A stretch of DNA of 64,000 nucleotides from Octopus sinensis (taxonomy: Eukaryota): contig NC_043007.1 in NCBI RefSeq assembly GCF_006345805.1, positions 40,672,001 to 40,736,000 on the forward strand, written 5' to 3'. Positions 45,741-58,376 of this stretch are shown piece by piece. The translations under genes were made by a program, and so were the position numbers. Position 1 is the stretch's first letter; each line of letters begins with the position of its first letter. The notes beneath the pieces were generated by a model. That model saw nothing but the letters and a program-made list of their open reading frames with translations, had not been told where the DNA came from and searched no databases.

Positions 45741-47651
45741 TGAGAATTTTTGCTTGAAAACACTTTTTGTAAATTCTAGTGGGCGTATCTCGCCAGAAAA
45801 AGTACAATTTTTTCCGAACTGGAATAAGCCATTTGGATTACCTTTTGGGAGTATTATACAAAGGATTCTCTGTCTGTGCTATTTGTGAGGTTTTTCTTTT
45901 ACTTTTCCCTTCGATTTTTTCTTTCTTTCTAAATTTTGGTTCATTCTTTTCATTACTTTAATTTCAGTTTCCTCCCCTTCTCTTTTATTTTGTTTTATTT
46001 TTTATTCGGTTTAATTTTTTGGCAGACTGTCTTTTGAACTACTTTTGAACTGTTTTTTGACATGGCAGAGAAGGAACTTAAAAAGAAAAACTCTGTCTTA
46101 GAGTTGGAAATTAACCCGCCTAAGCAGTGGTTAAAAGATATGGAGGAGAAGACGATGGTGCTTAGAACTTATTCTAAAGTTCTTAATTCCATCACCGTCT
46201 TTCCAAAACAAGTAATAAAAAATGATCTTAAAGACTATTTGTCCTCTTTAAAATGTATATTCCGTGGTGTCAAACATGCAACCGAATGGTTGCTGTTTGA
46301 CAACGGGGAAAAGGCTCGCCAGTTTGCGAGTCAGCATTTAGAAGGCAAGGAAATTCTGTTCCTTCCGTCATATTGCGGAAGAAAATTGATACGAGCCTGG
46401 GTATGTGGGTTGCCCCCAGGCACCGAGGCGGATTGGATTGAAGATACCATCCGACGGGGACAGGGGGGTGGCGGGCTCAGTCTCTTAAATGTAAGGGTAT
46501 TGCCGGCGGTCGATTGGGAAGGGTCAAAATCGCTTTTGACCCTGTGGACCCCATCGGCCGCAACAGATCTGGTTTTTCCAGATTTCTTGAAAATGGCTGG
46601 CTGCAGGTATCCGGTGATACTTGAGGGACGTCCCCCCAAGTATCACTCGTGCCTGCAGCCAGGCCACATTAAAAGGAACTGCCCGCAGGACCATGGTAAG
46701 GTCCTGGAACAGTCACTGGATGCCACCTCCCCTACCCGGTCAAAGGGAGAGGTGGATGTGGTCGAGGAGGCTTCAGCCTCCTCAACTCAAAAAGGATTAA
46801 AAAGGAAGAAGGCGGGCAACAATAGTTGCCCGCCGAAGGAACCTAAGGCTTCTGGAGGCGGGGGAGAGTCTCCGGACAAAGCGGAAGAGCTCCACTCTCC
46901 CGGAGTCAGGAAGAAAAGAAAAAAAAGAAGGAAGAATGGGTCATCTCAGCGGGGAGATGATGTGCCGTCTGCATGTCCCGAAGTTGTGCCACCCACGGTA
47001 GAAGTAACAACCCCACTCTTAAAGATGATCAATTAATTATCTTTTTCTATGAGGGCGGGGAGGTGGAAAAAATATTAGAAGAACATAAAGATACAGTAGA
47101 TATGCCCTTCACACAGGGTCCCGAATGGCCTCTGCAGATAGCTGTAGAGGTCATAAGGCTTCCCTTATGGGAAAGGCTTAAAGGATTTGGGGAGGAGTGT
47201 CGCATATCGCCCGGTGGCCCTTACACGACTTACATGTCCTACATGAGTGAGGCATGGGAAATGGCGGGATACAGGAACTCAAGCGCTATTGAAGATAATG
47301 ATGAATATATCGATGGATATATCGAAGAGTAGGAGGTGAAAGACCCTCGTTATAGGGTTTGAAACCTCATCTTATTGTATTATTTGCAGTGGTTTATAAC
47401 CTCAATTGTGTGTTTAAAAAAAAAACATGTTAAGTAAGAGGTTTTAGTGCATCCTTCTTGTAAGAGGTTTGAAACCTCATATTATTTTTAAAAAAAAAGA
47501 AAATGTTTTCGAGAAAAATCCAATCGGCGGGTGTTGGGTTTCGTCTCTCATTTATTCATTCTATTTCATTTTCATTCATTAATGTGTTTGTCCAGCCCGC
47601 AAAGCTACACACTCTTTGTACTGTCTATAATGACAAATTTTATGAAATAAA
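45741..47651 (+). mobile_element. Tx1/L1-like element carrying only an ORF1 (gag-like) sequence
   Basis: T-rich leader; ORF 46062-47036 with MAGCRYPVILEGRPPKYHSCLQPGHIKRNC (degenerate CCHC knuckle) and a basic tail; continuation 46973-47332; AATAAA at 47646; no RT. Confidence 0.65.
46062..47036 (+). CDS. L1/Tx1-type ORF1-like nucleic-acid-binding protein (324 aa; possibly frameshifted into 46973-47332)
   Basis: Long non-repetitive ORF; zinc knuckle YxxCxxxGHxxxxC; KR-rich NLS-like segment. Confidence 0.6.
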   Translation: MAEKELKKKNSVLELEINPPKQWLKDMEEKTMVLRTYSKVLNSITVFPKQVIKNDLKDYLSSLKCIFRGVKHATEWLLFDNGEKARQFASQHLEGKEILFLPSYCGRKLIRAWVCGLPPGTEADWIEDTIRRGQGGGGLSLLNVRVLPAVDWEGSKSLLTLWTPSAATDLVFPDFLKMAGCRYPVILEGRPPKYHSCLQPGHIKRNCPQDHGKVLEQSLDATSPTRSKGEVDVVEEASASSTQKGLKRKKAGNNSCPPKEPKASGGGGESPDKAEELHSPGVRKKRKKRRKNGSSQRGDDVPSACPEVVPPTVEVTTPLLKMIN

Positions 47652-48012
47652 GTAGCTTGCTTACGAACCACATGGCTCCGGGTTCAGTCCCACTGCGTGG
47701 CACCTTGGGCAAGCGTCTTCTACTATAGCCTCGGACCGACCAAAGCTTTTGTCGGTGGATTTAGTAGGCGGAAACTGAAAGAAGCCCGTTGTATTTATAT
47801 GTGTGTGTTTGTGTGTCGCTGTTTCTCTCCCCAACATCGCTTGTCAACCGATGCTGGTGTGTTTACATCCCCGTAATTTAGCGGTTCCGCAAAAGAGACC
47901 GATAGAATAAGTACTAGGCTTACAAAGAATAAGTCCTGGGTCGATTTGCACGACTAAAGGCGGTGCTCCAGCATGGCCACAGTCAAATGACTGAAACAAG
48001 TAAAAGAGTAAA
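47652..48012 (+). mobile_element. Same CORE-type SINE family
   Basis: ggttcagtcccactgcgtggcaccttgggcaag..gactgaaacaagtaaaagagtaaaagag. Confidence 0.85.
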
Positions 48013-48015
48013 AGA

Positions 48016-48100
<85 letters not shown>

Positions 48101-48374
48101 GGCCTGTTCGCAAAAATTTTCTTTGAAAACTTTTGGGATTTATGGGGATATGTTATCCAAGCGGGAACCAGTTTTGCGCTATTATCGATTGATAACTCTG
48201 GTTATTGTTCGCGTACTTATGTACTAATGTTTATGGCTTGTTAGTTTAACCATTGTTAGTACGTTCCATTTTTGAAAATCCAATTGTCCCTATTAGAGAC
48301 TACATTCTTTTCGATACATGAAAAATAATTCATAGTCTAACGAAAACAGAGAACACACCTAGAATATTCATTTA

Positions 48375-48673
48375 TGTGTGTGTACGTGAATGTGTGGGTG
48401 TGTCTCTGTCTGGGTATGCTTGAGTTATTTTAATTGTCCTTGTGGTGTGTGAGTGTGTGAGAGAGAGAGAGAGAGCAATCGTATGTGTGTGAGGGTGCAT
48501 ATGTATGTGTGTGTGGGTATGTGTGGATATGTATGTGTGTGAGTGTATTGTATTTATCAGGAGTTCTCTTGGTGTCCGTATGTGTTGGGTTTATCCGGGT
48601 GTGCATGTGCGTTTTGCGTATGTTGGTACTGAGAATGCGTTTTGTGTGTGTGTGTGTGTGTATGTGTGTGTGT

Positions 48674-48725
<52 letters not shown>

Positions 48726-49905
48726 TCTATGTAGCTTCTGGAGGTGTGTGTGCACTTGTGAATATGTGCTGTATTTGTGAGTGATTTGTTTTGTTTGTAT
48801 TGTTAGTGAAGTGTGTGTGTATACAGACCACAACTCAACATACTCTAACAAACCCACATATATACACACACATATATATACACATACACACACACACACA
48901 AACGCATACTCAGTACCAACATATACAAAACGCATATGCACACATATAGACCACCCGGATAAACCCAACACACACGGACACACACACGGACACACACACT
49001 CACATACACATACAGACCCACACATACCCACACGCACATACATATGCACCCTCAAACACACGGTTGCTCTCACACACACACACACACACACACACAGCAC
49101 AAGGACAATTAAAACAGCACAAACATACTCAGAGAGAGACACGCACACAGTCACGTACACACACATAACATCTCCACCAACACAAACTACAAACATACAC
49201 GTACACACATGCACACACGCGAACAAACATATACACACATGCGCACACACAACACACTGACAAATATTAATCATACACATACATACACACATATACACAT
49301 ATACACACACCATCCTACCAAATACAAAACACACACAGACCCATATACATATACCGCAATAAACTCTGGAGGTCCAGTCAAAAAGTCACGCACTTCCAAA
49401 CATAGACACACGCTCATATATTATTCATACTCACACACGTCTGTGACCCCCACACATATACACACACATACCGTTGCTCTCCCACACACACACACACACC
49501 ACAATGACAATTAAAATAACACAAACATACTCAGACAGACACACACACACACTCACGTACACATATATAACATCCCTACCAACACAAAGCACAAACATAC
49601 ACGCACCCACACATAGACGCACACATACATATGCACCCTCACACACACAGAGTTGCTCTCTCACGCACACACAAACACCACAAGGACAATTAAAACTACT
49701 AAAACATACTAAGAAAGACAGATACACATACACACACACAACATACACAACATCCCCACCAACACAAAACACACAAACATACACGCACACACAGACAGAC
49801 GCACACATACATATGCACATTCACAGACGCATACAGTTGCTCACACACACACTACAAGGACAATTTAAACAACGCAAACCTACTCAGACAGAGACACACA
49901 CACAA
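48375..49905. repeat. CA/TG-rich minisatellite (~180-190 bp units) with a foldback
   Basis: Unit cacaaggacaattaaaa..aaacatactcag at ~49098, 49500, 49680 and 49855; 48375-48650 is the inverted copy of 48895-49170. Confidence 0.8.
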
Positions 49906-50068
49906 ACACTCACAACAAAGCTTATAAAAAGCTTTACATTTCACTTTTAACAACCTTTTTTCTAAAAAAGTGAAACCCATCAAGTAAATAAACATCTTTA
50001 AAATTGCATTTTCATACCTTTTCATATATATTTCAACTCGTGCGTTATCTTACAACTTTGCTTTGTTT

Positions 50069-50112
<44 letters not shown>

Positions 50113-50133
50113 CACATATATATACAAAATATA

Positions 50134-50169
<36 letters not shown>

Positions 50170-50189
50170 CATATATATATACATATATA

Positions 50190-53100
50190 TAACGGGAAGC
50201 TTTATGAAAATAGACAAAAGACGAAGGCAGGTGGAAAACAAACAAACAATTGTATTAGTATGGCGCTCAGGAAATATAAATAAACAAGTCTTTAACGTTT
50301 CGAGCCTACGCTCTTCAACAGAAAGATACACAGAGAGAAAAAAAACACAGAAAGAAGGAGAGAAAAAATGCGTGCAGTAACTAACGAATCACATGGCGAT
50401 CTGATTTCGGCCAGAGGTCAAAGATCAAACATGAGACGCGAGAGCGAAATAAGGGGAGATAATAGGGTTGATAATAGGGTTGAATGACACTAGGATAGGT
50501 CTGGACAGGCGTATGTATGGGGTTGGTGTATGTATTAGTATGTATTAGTATGTATTAGTACGTATTAGTATGTATAAGTGTGTGTGTGTGTGTGTATGAG
50601 AGAGTATAAGTGCGTATGAGGGGTCTGGACGTGTGTATGTATAGGGTTGGTGTATGTATTAGTATGTATTAGTATGTATTAGTACGTATTAGTATGTATT
50701 AGTTGGTGTATGTATTAGTATGGCACATCATATATGATGTGATGTGTAAAGTCGTGTGGTGTAGTGAGAAGAGGGGGAGGTGGAGAAGAGGGGGCAGAAG
50801 GGGAGGGGAAAAGAGGGAGGAGGGGGGAGGAGGAAGGGGGAGGAGGGGGAGTAGGGGGGAGAGGAGGGGAGAGAGAGGAGGGGGAGGAGGAGGGGGAGGA
50901 AGGAGGAAAGAGGGGGAGGGGAGGGGGAAGGGGAGTGAGGGAGCAGAGGGAAGAGGAAGGAGGGAGGGAGAAAGAGGGAAGAAGGGAAGGGGAGTAGGGG
51001 TGAAAGGATGAAGGACTGAAGAAGTAGGGGTCGGGGGGAAGGATAGGTGAGGAGGGGGAGAGGGGGGTTAGATGAGGAGGGGGGAGAGTTGAGACCAAAT
51101 GGCGTGTAAGAGCGAAGAGAGAAGATTAATTCCTCTTCACGGCGCAAACGGGAATCCGGATGGCCTCTGTGTAAGGACAAACCGAACACAGATAGGTGTT
51201 GCAAGGAGTGACCGGTGGAGCGGAAATGGCGTGAGACCGGCGTGTCGTTCGCAAGGTGGATGTCACGAAGGTGTTCCGCGAACCGGTCAGCAAAGCGGCG
51301 TCCCGTTTGTCCGATGTACAAAGAATTGCAGAGAGAGCAAGAGACGCAATAGATAATATTGTTGGAGGTGCAGGTGAAGGAGTGGATGATGGGATAGGGT
51401 CGATGGTGGGTGCTAGTGAGGCGGGTGGTGTTGGAGAGGTAAGGCCAAGTGCGGCAACGTGGGCGGGAGCAGGGGAACGAGCCGGGTTGGGAGGTAGGGT
51501 CAGGGAAGGAGCTATGGACCAAAAGGTCTCGAAGGTTGTGGGCTCGTTTGAAAGAGGGGAGGGGTCGGTTAGGGAAGAGGTGTGAAGTGGACGGGTCGGA
51601 CTGGAGATGACGGAAAGCTCGAAGAATGGTGCGTTGGAGACGTAGGGTCGTGGGGTGGTAAGTGAGGGAAAATGGAGGCGGGTGACTACAGGGCGGGTTC
51701 GGGGAGAGAGAGCAGATACACGGTCCACGGACCGTGCTCTGGCAAGGGCGGTGTGGATAGTGGTGAGGGGGTATCCACGTAGGGTGAAGTGGTGAGCCAT
51801 ACGTTGAGACTGAGTCTCAAAGTCATGGTCGTCACTACAGAGCCTACGTAGACGGAGGAATTGGGAATAGGGGATGGAAAGCTTGGTGTGTTCTGGGTGG
51901 GAGGAGAGAAGTTGAGGTATGAGTGTGAGTCTGTGTGTTTGTAGTGAATGGAGGTGGTAAGAGTGGAGTGAAGAATGCTAACCGAAATGTCGAGGAAGGA
52001 GACAGAGGTGTTGGAGATAGTGGAAGTGAAGTGGAGGGCTGGATGGAAAGATTGGACGAAAGAGAGGAAGGAATCTAGATGTTCACGGGAGAGTGAGGTG
52101 GCACCGATAATGTCGTCAATGTAACGACCATATAGTTCAGGAGTGGGACCAGTGAAATTAGAGAATATTTGGGCCTCAACATAGCCAACGAACAGGTTCG
52201 CATAGTTGGGGCCCATTCGCGTTCCCATGGCCACTCCCGAGACCTGATGGTAGAACTCGCCCGCGAACGAGAAGCAGTTCAGAGTAAGGACAAGTTCGGC
52301 CAGACGAATGAGTGTGGAGGTGTCAGGTACAGGGTTAGAGCGGAGGTCAAGAAAGTGTCGAAGGGCCTGCAGTCCTTCGTGTGAGGGATAACAGTATAGA
52401 GGCTTTGGATGTCCATAGTAAAAAGGATTTTGGAGGAGCCGGGAGGAAAGGAGAAAGAGTTGAAAAGCCGGAGAGCATGGTTGGTATCGTGGATGTGGGA
52501 GGGAAGAGATGCCACTAGGGGGGCAAGGACACGGTCGAGGTATTTAGAGATGAGCTCCGTGGGGCAGTTACAGGCGGAGACGATGGGGCGGCCAGGGTTG
52601 TTGGGTTTGTGGATTTTGGGGAGGAAGTAAATGGTGGGGGTACGTGGGGTTCGCACAATTAGGTTGGATGCGGTGCGGGGGAGACGGGAGGACGAGATGA
52701 GGTCTTGGACAGTAGAGGATACCGTCTGTTGGTAGCTACGTGTGGGGTTAGAGGGCAGAGGGGAATAGAAGGAGGTGTCATTGAGTTGGCGGAAAGCCTC
52801 GGCCCTATAGAGGTCCGCGCGCCACACCACTACAGCTCCACCCTTGTCAGCCGGTTGATGATAATGTCAGCGCGCCGTTGGAGGGAACGAAGAGCCAAGA
52901 GCTCAGCCGGGAGATGTTGAGGCGGCGTTGGCGCCTGGAGAAGTTGAACCGCTCCAATGCACGCTGACAAGCGCCCGCGAAAAGATCCACTGCTAGGATC
53001 TGGCCAGGGGCAGGCGTCCACGGGGATGGTCGGCGGCCCAGGCCAGTGAAGCAGTCCTCTTCGTTGGGTGTGGGTGGCGAGTCGTGGTAATGCGCACCCA

Positions 53101-55325
53101 ACCGGACACGGCGCACAAAGCTGTGGACATCAACTCGCGTCTGGAATTCCTTACAGGATGGAGTGAGGGGGATGAAACGCAGACCCCTACCAAGGACGGA
53201 GCGTTCAGCCGCAGAGAGGGGAATCGGGGGGAATGGTAACAACAGACGGAAGTGGAGAAGGTGGGTGGAATAGAAGTAGGAGGGGTGGTAGGTCTCGTGG
53301 AGGTCTGAGGGGGAGGGATTGGGGAGGTGTGTGGGGTGGTTTGGGGGGCAGTAGGGTTGGGTGTAGGGATGGAGCCTTCGGGAGGGGAGAAGGGGTTGTA
53401 GGGAGGGGCAGTGGGTTAGTGTGTGGTGGATGGAGCCTATCGGGAGGGGAGAAGGGTGGTGGAGGAGTTGGGGTAGTGGCGTCGGGTAGGGTGGAATGGA
53501 AGAGTGATTGGAGTTTACGAAGTTTGGTATCAGAAAGAAATTGATGGAGAGTTGATTCAAATGGATAATGAAGCGTAGCGTGTTTTGGAGCATAGAGAGG
53601 CGGCAGAGAGGAGAAGAAGGTGGAGAAAGCAGGAGGAAGAAGGCGGTTGATGGCATGTAGTTTAGAGAGATTGGAGCGAATGGTGGCCCGCATAAGGCGG
53701 TAAATGTTGTGTGCGGAGTATGGGTAAGATGGAAGAATCCGAGTGGAGAGCAGGGTGGAAGTGGAGGCGGAAACCTTTAGGGATGAGTCGGTGATGTAGG
53801 CAGCGGCTTAGGAAAGAGACATGGCTAGAGAAGCGGGTTTTTTTAAAAAGAAGTAGAGAGAGATTAACGGACGGCTGAAGGCAATATACAGGAAGAGAAC
53901 GGAGATTATCCTTCAAACGGTGATGGAGGGTGAGGAGGTAGGACCTAGGATCCGGCATGATGGGATAGCGGAAAAAAACAAACGTTCGAAAAAACAAAAA
54001 AACAAAAACAAAAAATTATCGTATGAAAAAATAGAAAAAAAGGATAGCGAAAAAAGGGAAAAAACAAACGTTCAAAAAACAAAAAAAATAATCGTATGAA
54101 AAACTAGATAAGTAAGCGATAGGGCAGAAAAGACGGGGCAAACGGAAAAGGGAAAGAAAGAAGGGAAGCAGAGAGAGGGGGAGGCAAAAAAAGGGGGGGT
54201 GCAGGCAGAGGAAACAGAGTATGGACATCCAGAGAGGGAAGAAAGACGGAAAGGAGAACAAAAATGCAGGAAAATGTGGAAAGCATGAAATGAATGTAAA
54301 AAAAGTGGTAATATATGAGAAAATAAAAATACAACAAACGGGACAGTTTATGCGAACAAGTTCAAGGTTGAAAGTTCAAGGTGAGAAATGTGTAGACGTC
54401 GTGGTATATTTTTTAAGGATTTCACATCAATGCAAAGTCACTTTGATCCGCGAAAGAGAGGTGCAGCCAATGGTAAGTATCCAAGAGGTAAAGAAAATCC
54501 AAGGTAGAGGTAAGTGTTGATAGTGGTATTGGTAGAATATAGGATGAAGTGAGACCACGTGAGCGCATAATATAAGGGAAGCTTTATGAAAATAGACAAA
54601 AGACGAAGGCAGGTGGAAAACAAACAAACAATTGTATTAGTATGGCGCTCAGGAAATATATAAAACAAGTCTTTAACGTTTCGAGCCTACGCTCTTCAAC
54701 AGAAAGATACACAGAGAGAAAAAAACACAGAAGAAGGAGAGAAAAAATGCGTGCAGTAACTAACGAATCAACATGGCGATCTGATTTCGGCCAGAGGTCA
54801 AAGATCAAACATGAGACGCGAGAGCGAAATAAGGGGAGATAATAGGGTTGATAATAGGGTTGAATGACCCTAGATCGTCTGGACGGCGTTATGTATGGGT
54901 TGGTGTATGTATTCGTATGTATTAGTATGTATTAGTACGTAGTAGTAGTATGTATAAGTGTGTGTATGAGAGAGATAAGTGCGTATGATGGGGGGTCGAC
55001 GTGTGTATGTATAGGGTTGGTTTTATGTATTAGTATGTATTGTATGTATTAGTACTGTATTTATGTATTAGTTGTGTATGTATTAGTATGGCATATCATA
55101 TATGATGTGATGTGTAAAGTCGTGTGGTGTAGTGAGAAGAGGGCGAGGGAAGAGAGGGGGATAAGGGGAGGGGAAGAAGAGGGGTGAGGAGGGGAAGAAG
55201 AGGGGGAGAGGGAGAGCGATAGGGATGAGGGGGAGGAATGAGGAAAGAGGGGAGGGGGAGGAGAAGGGGAAAAGGGGAGTGGGAGCAGAGGGAAGAGGAA
55301 AGGAGGGAGGGGGAAAGAGGGAAGA
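50190..55325 (-). mobile_element. Penelope-like retroelement (Neptune-type), near full length, with upstream partial tandem copy (pseudo-LTR)
   Basis: Frameshifted RT (KPADKGGAVVV, YFLPKIHK..NPGRPIVS, AMGTRMGPNYANLF, YIDD) followed by a Cys linker and GIY-YIG (IIYCVSCSLCNSLYIGQTGR, EEELIF..GLN). The 3' end 50190-~50830 is repeated at 54572-55325, which runs into the N gap. Confidence 0.93.
50728..53958 (-). pseudogene. Penelope RT + GIY-YIG polyprotein, split by several frameshifts
   Basis: Starts MPDPRSYLL at ATG 53958. Continuous homology is spread over ORF-track pieces 53662-53997, 53205-53693, 52847-53656, 52279-52830, 51686-52234, 51126-51800 and 50728-51522. Confidence 0.85.
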
Positions 55326-55425
55326 NNNNNNNNNNNNNNNNNNNNNNNNNNNNNNNNNNNNNNNNNNNNNNNNNNNNNNNNNNNNNNNNNNNNNNNNNNN
55401 NNNNNNNNNNNNNNNNNNNNNNNNN
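55326..55425. other. Assembly gap (100 N)
   Basis: Run of N, true size unknown. Confidence 1.
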
Positions 55426-56030
55426 TAGTAGTTGCGGTGGGAGTAACAGAAGAATGGAAAGATAAAATAGAGGGGCAGATAGTTAGCGAGTGGCAGAGGG
55501 AATGAGTGAATGAGTGGGTAAATTAGTGAGTGAGTGAGTGAGGGAGAGAGAAATATAGTTTTAGATATCTAAATTGCACAAAAGTGAGTTCCTTAATACA
55601 TACATACGTATACATACGCATACCCCACCCCCAATATATTATATATATATATATAGATATATATATATATATATATAGATGTATATCTATCTATCTATCT
55701 ATAGATCTATCTATCTATCTATATATCTATCTATCTATTCTCTCTCTTATATATATATATATATTGTTTATATATTGATTATATATGGATTATATATAGG
55801 TTATATATGGATTACTATAATTATATTTTTTCATTCATACTTTAATTATTTTAAATTATTATTTTTATATTTTAAAATATTGATATTTTAGATTGGAAGT
55901 CCACCGAAGATTGTCCGATCAAGACAAGAAACAATTGTAGTGGCGGTTTTTTTTTGACTATTTATTAAAATTTTATGTATTGATTAAGTCTTCCTTGTTG
56001 TTTTGCAAAATAGTGGTTTTGTCTCTAATA

Positions 56031-56063
<33 letters not shown>

Positions 56064-56984
56064 TATTTTATAGAAGGAGCTTCTACAGGACTAGAAACTG
56101 TTTCATTCAAAAGAAATCATCAGGAAGCGGGGTAACAAGAATAGTCTTGGCATTTATACACTTAGGCAGGTTTAAGGGGTGGTGGTGGGGGACTTTTGGG
56201 GTAGGCATGGCGCAAACTATCATTCTTAGGGGAAGTGGTCAAAGGAATCAGTGATAAAGTAGATAAAAGAATAAATAGAATAATGGAGTTTACATACACA
56301 TACCCACATACATCCATATACACATGTACATATGCACCCATTTACATACATGTACGTACTCACCCATACCCATACTCATACATACCCACAAATATCTACA
56401 CACATATATATGTAAAATAATAAATATAAAAGAGGATATACACCTCATACACACACGCTACATATCCATGTATATGGTATATATATATATATACATATAT
56501 ATATATACATATATACACACATTCATACACACTCTTATATATATCTATATATACACACACATACATATACATAAATATATATTGTTTTATTTGACCTCGA
56601 CCAACGAAGCCGACACAGAGGTAGGTTTCTCCCAAGGGAGCTTGCGTAGCGGGCTTAAGAAACCATTATTGCCCTTTATTGCTACCTTCCTTTCTATCTT
56701 TCTGCCCACTGATACGAGCACAAACACTCACACACGCACACACTCACACCACACACATACACATACACAGACGCACGTGTATATTCATACATACAAAAGT
56801 GTACCGACTTTCACATAAAACGTACACATAGCTATGTACACACAAAACCACATATATAAATGTACTTCAGTACACATAAACACACAAGAACATCTGCCCA
56901 CATATATAGACTCATATGCCTATATACAGACATTTGTGCATTTCTTTTCTATATATATTATTATATATATATATATATATAATA

Positions 56985-57033
<49 letters not shown>

Positions 57034-57489
57034 TATGTATATATCTGTGCCTCTGTGTGTGATTACAAAAGTTTTGGGAATGAAAATTTTCAATAGCACT
57101 GCGAGTGTTTTTCATTCGTTCTTTAAATGTTTTTTGGCCCAAAAGTGTGCATATTTTATGCTGATATAAGATCAAAGCAGCGCGTTCAAGTGAGTAAGGC
57201 GCACATGAACTATTGGAATATCATTCTGGGTGACCAGTTTCAATGCTACCTTTGTCAAAAGACCTGCAAGTCACGTTGAGGATAGAAGCAGCACATGAAC
57301 ATTTATAATGAACAAGCCGAAAATAGAGCCAAAAAGGGAAAAGAAATGAAATATTGCTGCAGTATTTGTGATCAGGTTTTCAAATGTCTTCTGGGCTCAA
57401 AAGTTATTTAAGACTTGATGAGAAAGAAACATATTAGGCAGACGAGGTTAAGCTCTGCATGGCACAGACATTGTATATATAGATACTTG

Positions 57490-57535
<46 letters not shown>

Positions 57536-57562
57536 TACACGCGTGCGCGCGCACACACACAC

Positions 57563-57595
<33 letters not shown>

Positions 57596-57713
57596 TAATA
57601 ATAGGGAATACTATTCCAAACTTACAGGGAAAAATTCATTTTAGCAATACTAAATCAAATTTCACAATATATAATATATGTATATAAATTAGAGAAGACC
57701 CACCTTTTATCAA

Positions 57714-57842
57714 TTTAGTCGAGCAAATCGACCCCGGGACTTATTCTTTGTAAGCCCAGTACTTATTCTATCGGTCTCTTTTGCCGAACCAACATACCAA
57801 CATCGGTTGTCAAGCAATGCTAGGGGGACAAACACACACACA

Positions 57843-57878
<36 letters not shown>

Positions 57879-58053
57879 ATATATATATATATATATATAT
57901 ACATATATACGACGGGCTTCTTTCAGTTTCCGTCAGCATTGGTCGGCCCGGGGCTATAGCAGAAGACACTTGCCCAAGATGCCACGCAGTGGGACTGAAC
58001 CCGGAACCATGTGGTTGGTTAGCAAGCTACTTACCACACAGCCACTCCCGCGC
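57714..58053 (-). mobile_element. Same CORE-type SINE family, internally deleted
   Basis: Intact head ggcgcgggagtggctgtgtggtaagtagcttgc on the minus strand. Confidence 0.8.
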
Positions 58054-58303
58054 CTTATATATATGTGTGTGTGTATGTATGTATATGTGTGTGTATACAC
58101 ACATACATACATACAAACATACATACATACGTATATATATAATTGAAGTAGATGTATGAGATATAGTTTTAGAGACAGCTATATTTCACGTGTGTCTGTA
58201 AGAGTCTTTTTATATTGCAACTTGAAATATCATTCGTGGCAGTCTGGATGTAGTTGAAAAATTTTGCCAACAGTTTAGATTCAACAGACCAGAATTTACT
58301 TAC

Positions 58304-58376
58304 CAGGAGTTTGAGGAATGGTGCTGCCATGGATGTAGCCCGCATGAGAGTCGTAGCAAAACCACTTCCAACACTT
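58304..58376 (-). CDS. SLC22 paralog C exon 9
   Basis: SVGSGFATTLMRATSMAAPFLKLL; 73 nt; donor GTAAGT. Confidence 0.9.

Noticed and set aside
50703-51098. Gly/Arg/Glu- and Pro/Ser-rich ORFs
   Set aside because: Translations of the purine/pyrimidine-biased 3' tract of the Penelope element.
57235-57400. Cys/His-spaced peptides (CYLCQKTC, CSICDQVF)
   Set aside because: Interrupted by stops; more likely a decayed retroelement C-terminus than a zinc-finger gene, and not the missing exon 10.
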